Of a DNA stretch of 64,000 nucleotides, positions 1 to 6,962 are shown piece after piece. The notes under the pieces are model-generated. The model worked only from the letters and a program-made list of their open reading frames with translations. It did not search any database and was not told the DNA's origin. This DNA comes from Elusimicrobiota bacterium. GTDB lineage: Bacteria > Elusimicrobiota > Elusimicrobia > UBA1565 > UBA9628. How positions within the stretch are numbered: the first letter of the stretch is position 1; each line of letters opens with the position of its first letter. A program made the position numbers and the translations under genes. The stretch lies in contig JACRDT010000046.1 of the NCBI GenBank assembly GCA_016212795.1, positions 7,486 through 71,485 of the forward strand. Reading direction: 5' to 3'.

Positions 1-146
1 TCAGCACCAAGGGCATCGGCCGGGGGCTGGGCACCTACGGGATGAAGCTCCTCACCGAATCCTATCTCGGCGGCACGGTGGGCTTCACCTCGACCCAGGA
101 GGCCGGGACCACCTTCCGCTGCCGCTATCCCCTCAAGCGGGGGTAA
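1..146 (+). CDS. C-terminal fragment of a sensor histidine kinase (HATPase_c end); 5' part lies outside the window
   Basis: Frame 3 reads STKGIGRGLGTYGMKLLTESYLGGTVGFTSTQEAGTTFRCRYPLKRG then TAA at 144-146. The GxGxG ATP-lid motif and the GTTF ending are typical of HK catalytic domains. Confidence 0.6.
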   Translation, partial: STKGIGRGLGTYGMKLLTESYLGGTVGFTSTQEAGTTFRCRYPLKRG

Positions 147-164
147 CCGCGCCGCGGGCCTCCC

Positions 165-1631
165 TCATGCCCCGTACACGCGGCGCGACTGGAGGTACTG
201 GAAGACCTGGACCCGCAGCCACGCGGCCGACGCCGGCCGCTCGGCCAGCGCGCCCCTCACCAGCGCCGCCAGCCCCACCAGCCCGGGGTCCCGGGCGAGC
301 TCGTCGTCCACGAGCTTCCAAGCGTCCCCCACGGCCGCGTGCCCGGCGCCCTCGGCGCAGGCGGGCCAGCGCCCCATCCTCGCCCAGAACCCGGCCAGCC
401 TGTCGGTGAACGCCGCCGGCGCGTAGAGCCTCCGCGACAAGTCCCCCAAGCCCGCCAGCAGGGCCTCGCGGCTCATCAGGCGCGGCCGCACGTTGGTGAT
501 CCACGGCAGCCCCGAGGCCAGCCCGTCCCAGCTCAGCCTGCGCTCGGCCTGCAGCCGGTCGTGCAGCCGCGTGCCCCGGGTGAGGACGAGCGGCCCGACC
601 TGCGCCGAGGCCACCGGCACCCCGGCCAGGAACCGCTCGTGCCGGGCGAAAGCGTCAGGCCCGTCGGCGTCGAAGCCCACGATCATGCTGGCGATCACGT
701 TGATCCCGGCCGACTGGAACGTCCGCAGGCCCGCCGCCAGGTCCGCCCCCAGGTTGGGCGACTTGCCGGCCTCCTCCAGGCTCGCCCGGTCGGGGGACTC
801 CACGCCGATATAGGCGTGGCTCAGCCCCGCGCGGGCGCAGAGCGCCAGCAGCTCCTCGTCCCGGGCGTCCGCCACGGACATCTGGGCGAGGAACTGGACC
901 CCGCGCTCCCGGTTCCATCCGGCCACGGCGTCGAGCAGCTCCTTGGCCCGGCCCGGCGACGCGGCGAGGTTGTCGTCCGTCAGGAAGACCATCCGGTAGC
1001 CCAGCCCGTAGACCGCGTCCAGCTCGGCCAGGACCCTCGCCACCGGCTTGAAGCGGGGCTTGCGGCCGTAGTATTGGATCACCTCGCAGAACCCGCAGTC
1101 GTTGGGGCAGCCCCGCGAGGTCTGCACCGCGGCCGCCATGGCCCAGTCGTTCGGGTAGAGGTCCCAGCGGGGCAGAGGGGCGGACTCCAGGTCGGCCGGC
1201 GCTCCGAGGTACTCCTCCTTCCACTTCCCCTCGCGCAAGGCGGCGAACACCTCCGGGGCCACGGGCTCGAGTTCCCCCCGGACCAGGATGTCGCAGAAGG
1301 GCCGCACCGCCTCCGGCGAGAGCGTGGCGAACACCCCCCCCACGGCCACGGTCTTGCCGCGCCGGCGGAACTCCCCGGCCAGGGCCCGCATCCGGCCGTA
1401 CTGCCTGCTGTTGCACGTGATCCAGACGTGCTCGGCGGGGTGCTCCAGGTCGACGCCCTGGATGCGCTCGTCGCAGACCTCGACCCTCCAATCCCGCGGG
1501 GCGAGCGCCGCCAGCGTGGGCAGCGCGAGGCTCGCCACGAACGCCGCCGGCCTCGAGCCGGCCAGCCGCAGGACATCGGCCTCGAAATGGATGGGGACGC
1601 CGCAGTCGGGATTGACGATGTAGAGTCGCAA
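165..1631 (-). CDS. B12-binding-domain radical SAM protein
   Basis: 488-aa ORF with the radical-SAM cluster motif CxxxCxxC (TSRGCPNDCGFCEV) after an N-terminal B12-binding-like region. The TTG start at 1631 has no clear SD, so the 5' end is uncertain. Confidence 0.8.
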   Translation of the reverse strand: MRLYIVNPDCGVPIHFEADVLRLAGSRPAAFVASLALPTLAALAPRDWRVEVCDERIQGVDLEHPAEHVWITCNSRQYGRMRALAGEFRRRGKTVAVGGVFATLSPEAVRPFCDILVRGELEPVAPEVFAALREGKWKEEYLGAPADLESAPLPRWDLYPNDWAMAAAVQTSRGCPNDCGFCEVIQYYGRKPRFKPVARVLAELDAVYGLGYRMVFLTDDNLAASPGRAKELLDAVAGWNRERGVQFLAQMSVADARDEELLALCARAGLSHAYIGVESPDRASLEEAGKSPNLGADLAAGLRTFQSAGINVIASMIVGFDADGPDAFARHERFLAGVPVASAQVGPLVLTRGTRLHDRLQAERRLSWDGLASGLPWITNVRPRLMSREALLAGLGDLSRRLYAPAAFTDRLAGFWARMGRWPACAEGAGHAAVGDAWKLVDDELARDPGLVGLAALVRGALAERPASAAWLRVQVFQYLQSRRVYGA

Positions 1632-1641
1632 GGAGGCTGCC

Positions 1642-1716
1642 TGCGCCCGGCTGGACTTGAACCAGCGACCCTCCCGTTATGAGCGGGACGCTCTGACCAG
1701 ACTGAGCTACGGGCGC
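1642..1716 (-). tRNA. tRNA with CAU anticodon (elongator type; Met or lysidine-modified Ile2)
   Basis: The reverse complement GCGCCCGTAGCTCAGTCTGGTCAGAGCGTCCCGCTCATAACGGGAGGGTCGCTGGTTCAAGTCCAGCCGGGCGCA folds as a 75-nt cloverleaf (7-bp acceptor, GCTC/GAGC D stem, CTCATAA anticodon loop, GCTGG/CCAGC T stem). G1-C72 is paired and the GGG/CCC initiator signature is absent, so it is not tRNA-fMet. C4, C5 and the T arm resemble E. coli tRNA-Ile2 as I recall it. CCA is not encoded. Confidence 0.9.
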
Positions 1717-1854
1717 GCTTAATCGTTTCTCTTGACAGCGCCCTGTCCCGACGCGGTCGGGGCGGGCGCGTCGAAAGGATTCTACCACACTTTCCGCGGC
1801 CGCGGGGTCCGCCGGGGCGGCGGCTGCGGGGGGGGGCACGTGATTATTGGGGCT

Positions 1855-1921
1855 CTCGACGAGAGGTTGTGTCGCATTGTGGCCAGGTCTGCTGGAATGC
1901 GACACAACCCTCGACGGAGAG
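1855..1921. repeat. Palindromic element: 14-bp perfect inverted repeat with a 17-nt spacer, bracketed by ~11-nt direct repeats
   Basis: Arms GGTTGTGTCGCATT (1865-1878) and AATGCGACACAACC (1896-1909). Flanks CTCGACGAGAG (1855-1865) and CTCGACGGAGAG (1910-1921). Confidence 0.7.
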
Positions 1922-1922
1922 T

Positions 1923-2162
1923 TCAGAAAACGGCCTGGGTCCTGCCGTTGCGGCTCTCCGCCGGCCTGCGGCCGCCGGTTCCGCGCGGCTCGTTATGGAC
2001 TCCAAGGACGCGCTGGGCGTAGCGCACGCGCACGGCCAGGCAGCCCCGGGCCGGGACGCGCACGAAATAGCGCGGCTTGCCCGCGACCCACACGGAGGGG
2101 AGTTCGCGGCCGTCGTCGCGAACCGAGCCAACTCCGCGATTGATGTACATTATGATGGACAA
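1923..2162 (-). CDS. Candidate small hypothetical protein (79 aa) or gene fragment
   Basis: ATG ORF MSIIMYINRGVGSVRDDGRELPSVWVAGKPRYFVRVPARGCLAVRVRYAQRVLG... with strongly G/C-biased third codon positions, like the genuine genes here. It is divergent from the ATPase gene. No family recognised. Confidence 0.3.
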   Translation of the reverse strand: MSIIMYINRGVGSVRDDGRELPSVWVAGKPRYFVRVPARGCLAVRVRYAQRVLGVHNEPRGTGGRRPAESRNGRTQAVF

Positions 2163-2185
2163 ACTGCCTACTTATTGTATATCAT
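2156..2185 (+). promoter_or_regulatory. Candidate sigma70-type promoter placing the TSS at or next to the ATPase start codon (leaderless-type)
   Basis: TGGACA (2156-2161), a 16-18 nt spacer, then TATATC/TATCAT (2178-2185). ATG at 2194 lies only 8-10 nt downstream with no SD between them. Confidence 0.35.
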
Positions 2186-2193
2186 ACTGGACG

Positions 2194-3564
2194 ATGCGTC
2201 GCGAGACCTTGAACTACATCCTTACGGACCAGCGGCAGGAGACCGCCCGCCTGCTTGAGGGGGCCATCCTGCGCAGGCACCCCCCTGGCGCGGCCGAACA
2301 GCCCGCGAAGCGGCTGGCCACGGTCATCACGGGAGTCCGGCGTTGCGGCAAGTCGGTGTATGCGCACCAACTCTGCCGGGGGTCCCGGTACGCGGCCCTT
2401 AATTTCGACGACGAGCGCCTGACGTCTTTCGGGCCCGAAGACTTCGACCTCTTCCTCCAGGCCGCCAACGAGCTCGAGCCCGGCGTCACGACGCTGCTGA
2501 TGGACGAGATACAGAACATCCCCCATTGGGAGCTGTTCATCAACCGCCTGCTCAGGAAAGGCTATCGCTGCGTAATCACCGGCAGCAACGCGCGTCTGTT
2601 GAGCCGGGAGCTGGCGACCCATCTCACGGGGCGCACCCGCAGCATGGAGCTTTACCCGTTCTCGCTGAAGGAATTCCTCGAGGCGAACCTGGAACCGGCG
2701 GCTCGCGAGGAAACCCTAGACTCCATCGCCTCGGATTCGGGCGTTGTCCTGCCGCCCGAGAAGAAGGCGGGCCTGATGCGGCTCTTCGACCAGCACCTGG
2801 AGCAGGGCGGCTTCCCGGAAACGGTCATCGCCACCGGCGAGGCCCTGGCTTCCAAGCCGAAACCCGGCCGGAACGCGGCGGGCAAGGACTTGCTTTCTGG
2901 CCGCGCCCGCTATCTGCGCGAGCTCCACCAAAGCATCCTGCTCCGGGACATCGCCGCCCGCCGGCGGCTGCGCGAGACCAGGACCCTGCAGGAAGTCGCC
3001 CTCTTCGCCATCTCCCAGGCGGGCTCCCGGATCACATACCAGAAGACCGCCAGAAGCCTAGGCCTCAAGAGCGTGACCACGGCGAAGAAATACCTGGAAG
3101 CGCTGGAGGAGGTCTACCTGGCCTTTCAGGTGCTCGCGCATTGCGCCAAGCCCAAGGAGATCCTCCGCCAGGCCCGCAAGCTCTACCCCATCGACCTGGG
3201 GCTGCTCTCGGCCCTCTCCTTGAAATCCACTCCGGATTGGGGAGCGAGATTGGAGACCTTCGTCTTCCTCGAGCTCAAGCGCCGCGGCCGGGAGGTGTTC
3301 ACCGTCCTCGAGCCGGGCTATGAGGTGGATTTCCTGGTCCGCGAAGTCCGGCGCTGCGCGCAGCTGATCCAGGTCTGCTACAGGCTCTCCGACCCAGCGA
3401 CAAAGCGACGAGAGCTCAGCGCGCTCGTCCAGGCCGCGCGCCTCAAGGGCTGCCGCGAGCTGCTGGTCATCACCCATGACGAGCAAGACGAGATCCGGAT
3501 GGACGGCCTCACGATCCGCGTCCTGCCCGCCTGGCGCTGGGCTCTCGACGACGCGTCACGTTGA
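2194..3564 (+). CDS. AAA-type ATPase with C-terminal DUF4143-like region
   Basis: Walker A GVRRCGKS and an overall ATPase (AAA_14) plus DUF4143 architecture. I moved the start to the ATG at 2194 (MRRETLNY...), just after an AT-rich promoter-like stretch; the track ORF starts at 2077. Confidence 0.8.
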   Translation: MRRETLNYILTDQRQETARLLEGAILRRHPPGAAEQPAKRLATVITGVRRCGKSVYAHQLCRGSRYAALNFDDERLTSFGPEDFDLFLQAANELEPGVTTLLMDEIQNIPHWELFINRLLRKGYRCVITGSNARLLSRELATHLTGRTRSMELYPFSLKEFLEANLEPAAREETLDSIASDSGVVLPPEKKAGLMRLFDQHLEQGGFPETVIATGEALASKPKPGRNAAGKDLLSGRARYLRELHQSILLRDIAARRRLRETRTLQEVALFAISQAGSRITYQKTARSLGLKSVTTAKKYLEALEEVYLAFQVLAHCAKPKEILRQARKLYPIDLGLLSALSLKSTPDWGARLETFVFLELKRRGREVFTVLEPGYEVDFLVREVRRCAQLIQVCYRLSDPATKRRELSALVQAARLKGCRELLVITHDEQDEIRMDGLTIRVLPAWRWALDDASR

Positions 3565-3605
3565 CATCCTCGACCGCTGCGCGAGGCGCCTCCCATCTGG
3601 GTCGG

Positions 3606-6600
3606 TTAGACTGTGGCCAAGACCGCGGGCAGGGCCGGCGGCAGGGCGGGAGACGCCGGGGGTTGGAGGGGCGGGCCGCCCGAGTCCGTCTGCCGCCAGG
3701 GCCCGAATCCATGGTAGGTGCTCGACATCCGGGTCTTGGGCAGCTTCTTCTTGGGCGGGGCCGCCTTCCAGCCCTGCAGCCAGAGGCGCTCGAAGTAGGC
3801 CACGAAACCGGCCAGGTCGACGGGGTCGTCGATGAAGTTGGCGTTCTCGAAGCTGTTGTTCTCCGCGTTGGGCGAGAAGTTGAAAGAGCCGGTCTCGAGG
3901 AGCTTGCCGTCCACGATCATGAACTTGTTGTGCATCTTCTCGAACATGGGGTCGCCCTCGTCGCCGTTGGGGCCGGAGAGCAGGCGGATGTCGAAGCCGT
4001 GGTAGGCGAACCAGTCGTCGAGCTTGGCCAGCTTGGACTGGCTGTGGTCCATCACCATGCGGATCTTGACCTCGGGCCGGTTCTGCTTGACGGCCAGGAG
4101 GGCGTCGGCGATCCGCTGGGAGTAGAAGCTGAACATGGCGATCTCGATGGAGACCTTGGCCGCCTGGATGGCCCGGATGAGGGTGTCCTCGATCTGGCCG
4201 CGGGGCGAGAAGAGCTGGCGCGGGAAGGTCTCGCCGTTGAGGGCGATGGGCCGCTCGGAATCCTCGGGCGGGGGCGGGAAGGGGGCCCTGGCCTGCCCGC
4301 CGGCCGCCGCCTCGGCATCGGCGGACTCCGAGTCCTGCCAGGAGTCGGCCTGCGCGGCGTTGTCCGGGTCGAGCGTCCGGCTGAGGATCTCGTCGAGCTT
4401 GTCGTAATCGATGAACTCCGCCAGGTCCCGCTTGTAGTCGAAGTAGCGGGCGTAATACTCGACGCGCTTGGCTTCGTTGTTGAACAGGAAGTTCTCGAAG
4501 TGGTAGCGCTCGGCCACGTCGGTCACGTTGTAGGAGCCGAAGGCCACCAGCTCGTCGTCGAGGATCACGTACTTGTTGTGCATCACGCCCGAGCTCTTGC
4601 CGCGGAGCACCTTCACGTCGAAGCCTTCCTTGGCCAGGGCCACGACCTGGGCCTTGGGCTTCCTGGGCTGGCCCTCGTGGTTGATGCCTGAGGTGTAGAG
4701 GTGGGCGCGGTCCAGCACGATCTCGATCTTGACGCCGCGCTGTTTGGCGCGGCGCAGGGCGTCGAGCACGGCGTCGGAGGTGAACTCGTAGAGCGCGAGC
4801 TTGACCGACTTGCGCGCCGCGTCGATGGCGCGCACCAGCAGTTCCTGCACCGGGCCGTAGGGGCGCAGGGCGAACGACGGGAGGGCCACGCCGTGGAAAT
4901 CCACGGCCCGGGCCGCGGGCAACGGCGGCAGGTCCGGGGGCGGCGGCAGGGGCTGGGCCGGCGCGGGGTTGAGGACGTCGTTGGTCAGCTCGTCGTCCGT
5001 GGGCAGGACCGGGGCCGCGTCGGGCTTCGGGTAGGCCCGCGCGATGGAGAACATGTGCTCGAAGGCGAAGGCGTAGGCGCCCACGTCGGCCGCGTCGGTC
5101 AGGAACTGGGCGTTCTCGTAATTGTCCATGGAGGCGCGCTTGGTCCAGTTGGCGGAGCCCGACTCCACCAGCTTGCCGTCCAGGACCATGAACTTGTGGT
5201 GCGTCTTCTCGGCCATCGGGTAGTCGCTGTCCGGGTTGGGCCCGGCCAGGACCTTGATCTCGACGCCCTGGTGGGCCAGCCAGGCCGCGTAGGGGCCGAA
5301 GTACTCCGACTGCGACTGGCTCTCGTCCATGACGAACCGGACCGCCACGCCGCGCGCCTTGGCGCGGGCCAGGGCCTGGGCGATGCGCGTCGAGCGCATC
5401 GCGAACATGGCCACGTCCACGGACTTCTTGGCCGCGTCCAGTCCACGGACCACGGCGTCCTCGAAGGCCGAGCCGTTGGGAGTGAAGATATAGGAAGGGA
5501 GCTGCGCGCCGTTGAAATCCACGCTCAGCACGGACTCGGCCGGGGGCAGGGGCGCGGTCTTGGGCCAGGCGTGGTCCTTGGCCTGGGCGAAGGGCACGCT
5601 CAGCTTGCGCAGGTAGTCCCAGTACTCCTCCAGGGCCTGCACGCGCTCTTTCTCCACCGTGAAATTGGCGTTCTCGTAGTGCGAGTGCTCCGCGGTGAAC
5701 GACCAGTTGTACGAGCCGAACTCGGCCATCTTCCCGTCGAACACGGCGAACTTGTTGTGGTTGATGCCGTACTCGGTCACCCCGCGCAGGACCGTGAAGT
5801 CCACCTTCTCGCGGATGAGGCCCCAGACCTCGTTGGAGCGCCGCTGGCGGTAGGCGGCGTCGGGGTCGTTCTTCGGGAAGACGTTGGAGTAGTCGAGGAC
5901 GATCTCGACTTTCACCCCGCGCTTGCGGGCGCGCAGCAGGGCGTCGAGCACGTCGCGCTGCTTGAACTCGTAGAGCGCCAGGCGGATGCTCTTCCTGGAG
6001 GCATCGATGGCCTCGATGATCTTGGTCTCGACCGGCACGTTGGGCCGCAGCGCGACCGACGGGAACTTGTGGCGGTTGAAGGCGACCTCGCGCGAGGGGT
6101 AGGCCGCCCCGCCGCCGTCATCGGCGTTGGGCGCGGGCTCGTCAGGCGCGGCCTTCTTGCTTCCTTTGCGGCCCTTGCCCTTCTCCAGGCCCGCCACCGC
6201 GGCCTCGGCGACGGCCGAAACCCCGGCCGCGCCCTCGGAGCCGACGCTGCGCGCCCCGGTCTTGAACTCGAAGCTGCGGTCCGCGAAATCCTTCTGCCCC
6301 TGCAGGTCGGCCGGGACGGGCTCCTTGAAGGGCACGTCCTCGGCGAGGCGCTCGAGCGCGCTGCGGCCGGGGTTCGCCGCCGGGTCGTCCGGCGCGGCCG
6401 GGCGGACCGTCTCCCGCGGCGCCGTCGGTGCGACAACCGCGGGCGACAGAACGGGCGCGGGCAGGGCGGGGATGCCGACGGCCGACAGGCCGGCCGGCGC
6501 GGCCGGGGCCAGCGCGGCGGCCTCGCCGGGGAACGCCGGGGTCGGCGCCAGCCACCCGGGCCGCAGCTCCACCTGGGGCGCGACGACCGGGTTGGGGAGC

Positions 6601-6782
6601 AGGCCGTTGAGCCCCGCCTGCGGGACCGTCTGGTCCAGGCGAGGGCCCAGGAGCGGCGAGCCCAACATCGGGGGCACGACCGGCACGCCCGCGGAGCCTT
6701 GCCCGACGGGGACGGTATGGACCTGGACGGCCCGGCCAGGGACCGTCGCTATCAAGAGAATAGCTAGAAGCAGGCCCGACAT
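3606..6782 (-). CDS. Exported phospholipase-D-superfamily protein with four HKD motifs (two tandem PLD units)
   Basis: 1058 aa with an N-terminal signal-like segment MSGLLLAILLIATVPGRA and a Pro/Ala-rich linker. Four HxK(x4)D motifs: HNKFAVFD, HHKFMVLD, HNKYVILD, HNKFMIVD. The two halves are clearly paralogous (..SVALRPNVPVETKIIEAIDASRKSIRLALYEF.. vs ..SFALRPYGPVQELLVRAIDAARKSVKLALYEF..). Confidence 0.85.
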   Translation of the reverse strand: MSGLLLAILLIATVPGRAVQVHTVPVGQGSAGVPVVPPMLGSPLLGPRLDQTVPQAGLNGLLPNPVVAPQVELRPGWLAPTPAFPGEAAALAPAAPAGLSAVGIPALPAPVLSPAVVAPTAPRETVRPAAPDDPAANPGRSALERLAEDVPFKEPVPADLQGQKDFADRSFEFKTGARSVGSEGAAGVSAVAEAAVAGLEKGKGRKGSKKAAPDEPAPNADDGGGAAYPSREVAFNRHKFPSVALRPNVPVETKIIEAIDASRKSIRLALYEFKQRDVLDALLRARKRGVKVEIVLDYSNVFPKNDPDAAYRQRRSNEVWGLIREKVDFTVLRGVTEYGINHNKFAVFDGKMAEFGSYNWSFTAEHSHYENANFTVEKERVQALEEYWDYLRKLSVPFAQAKDHAWPKTAPLPPAESVLSVDFNGAQLPSYIFTPNGSAFEDAVVRGLDAAKKSVDVAMFAMRSTRIAQALARAKARGVAVRFVMDESQSQSEYFGPYAAWLAHQGVEIKVLAGPNPDSDYPMAEKTHHKFMVLDGKLVESGSANWTKRASMDNYENAQFLTDAADVGAYAFAFEHMFSIARAYPKPDAAPVLPTDDELTNDVLNPAPAQPLPPPPDLPPLPAARAVDFHGVALPSFALRPYGPVQELLVRAIDAARKSVKLALYEFTSDAVLDALRRAKQRGVKIEIVLDRAHLYTSGINHEGQPRKPKAQVVALAKEGFDVKVLRGKSSGVMHNKYVILDDELVAFGSYNVTDVAERYHFENFLFNNEAKRVEYYARYFDYKRDLAEFIDYDKLDEILSRTLDPDNAAQADSWQDSESADAEAAAGGQARAPFPPPPEDSERPIALNGETFPRQLFSPRGQIEDTLIRAIQAAKVSIEIAMFSFYSQRIADALLAVKQNRPEVKIRMVMDHSQSKLAKLDDWFAYHGFDIRLLSGPNGDEGDPMFEKMHNKFMIVDGKLLETGSFNFSPNAENNSFENANFIDDPVDLAGFVAYFERLWLQGWKAAPPKKKLPKTRMSSTYHGFGPWRQTDSGGPPLQPPASPALPPALPAVLATV

Positions 6783-6880
6783 GCCTGTAGCATACCACGT
6801 TCCTTATAGGACGGAAGGCGGCGAAGGACCTAGGAGGGGCCTACTATGCGGCCCAGGGAATTTCGGGCACTAGGGCCTAC

Positions 6881-6962
6881 CTCATGAAACGGCATTCGCC
6901 CCCTCGGCTACTCACCCCTGGCCGCTTGCTGGACTCGGCCAGGCCGCGGGGGAGGCGAGTTA
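6881..6962 (+). repeat. Orphan, inverted and degenerate copy of the PTS-operon hairpin/mini-ORF module
   Basis: The + strand CTCATGAAACGGCATTCGCCCCCTCGGCTACTCACCCC[nested hairpin CCTGGCC..GGCCAGG]CCGCGGGGGAGGCGAGTTAT aligns with the minus-strand modules at 54846-54903, 57612-57695 and 59543-59613. It is antisense to both flanking genes and overlaps the MMPL stop codon. Confidence 0.55.

Noticed and set aside
1828-1836. G9 homopolymer as a possible phase-variation tract
   Set aside because: It is not within or immediately upstream of any supported start codon or promoter spacer, and there is no second tract to compare with.
1642-6782. Possible tRNA-linked genomic island (tRNA, then ATPase and PLD protein)
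   Set aside because: No integrase or recombinase is present, and I could not find a direct repeat of the tRNA 3' end. The ATPase and PLD genes lie on the 5' side of the tRNA, not the 3' side where integration usually occurs.
6846-6887. 13-codon ORF (MRPREFRALGPTS) preceded by AGGAGG at 6832-6837
   Set aside because: It is tiny and unsupported by conservation. It is antisense to the local transcription direction and probably arises by chance beside the orphan repeat copy.
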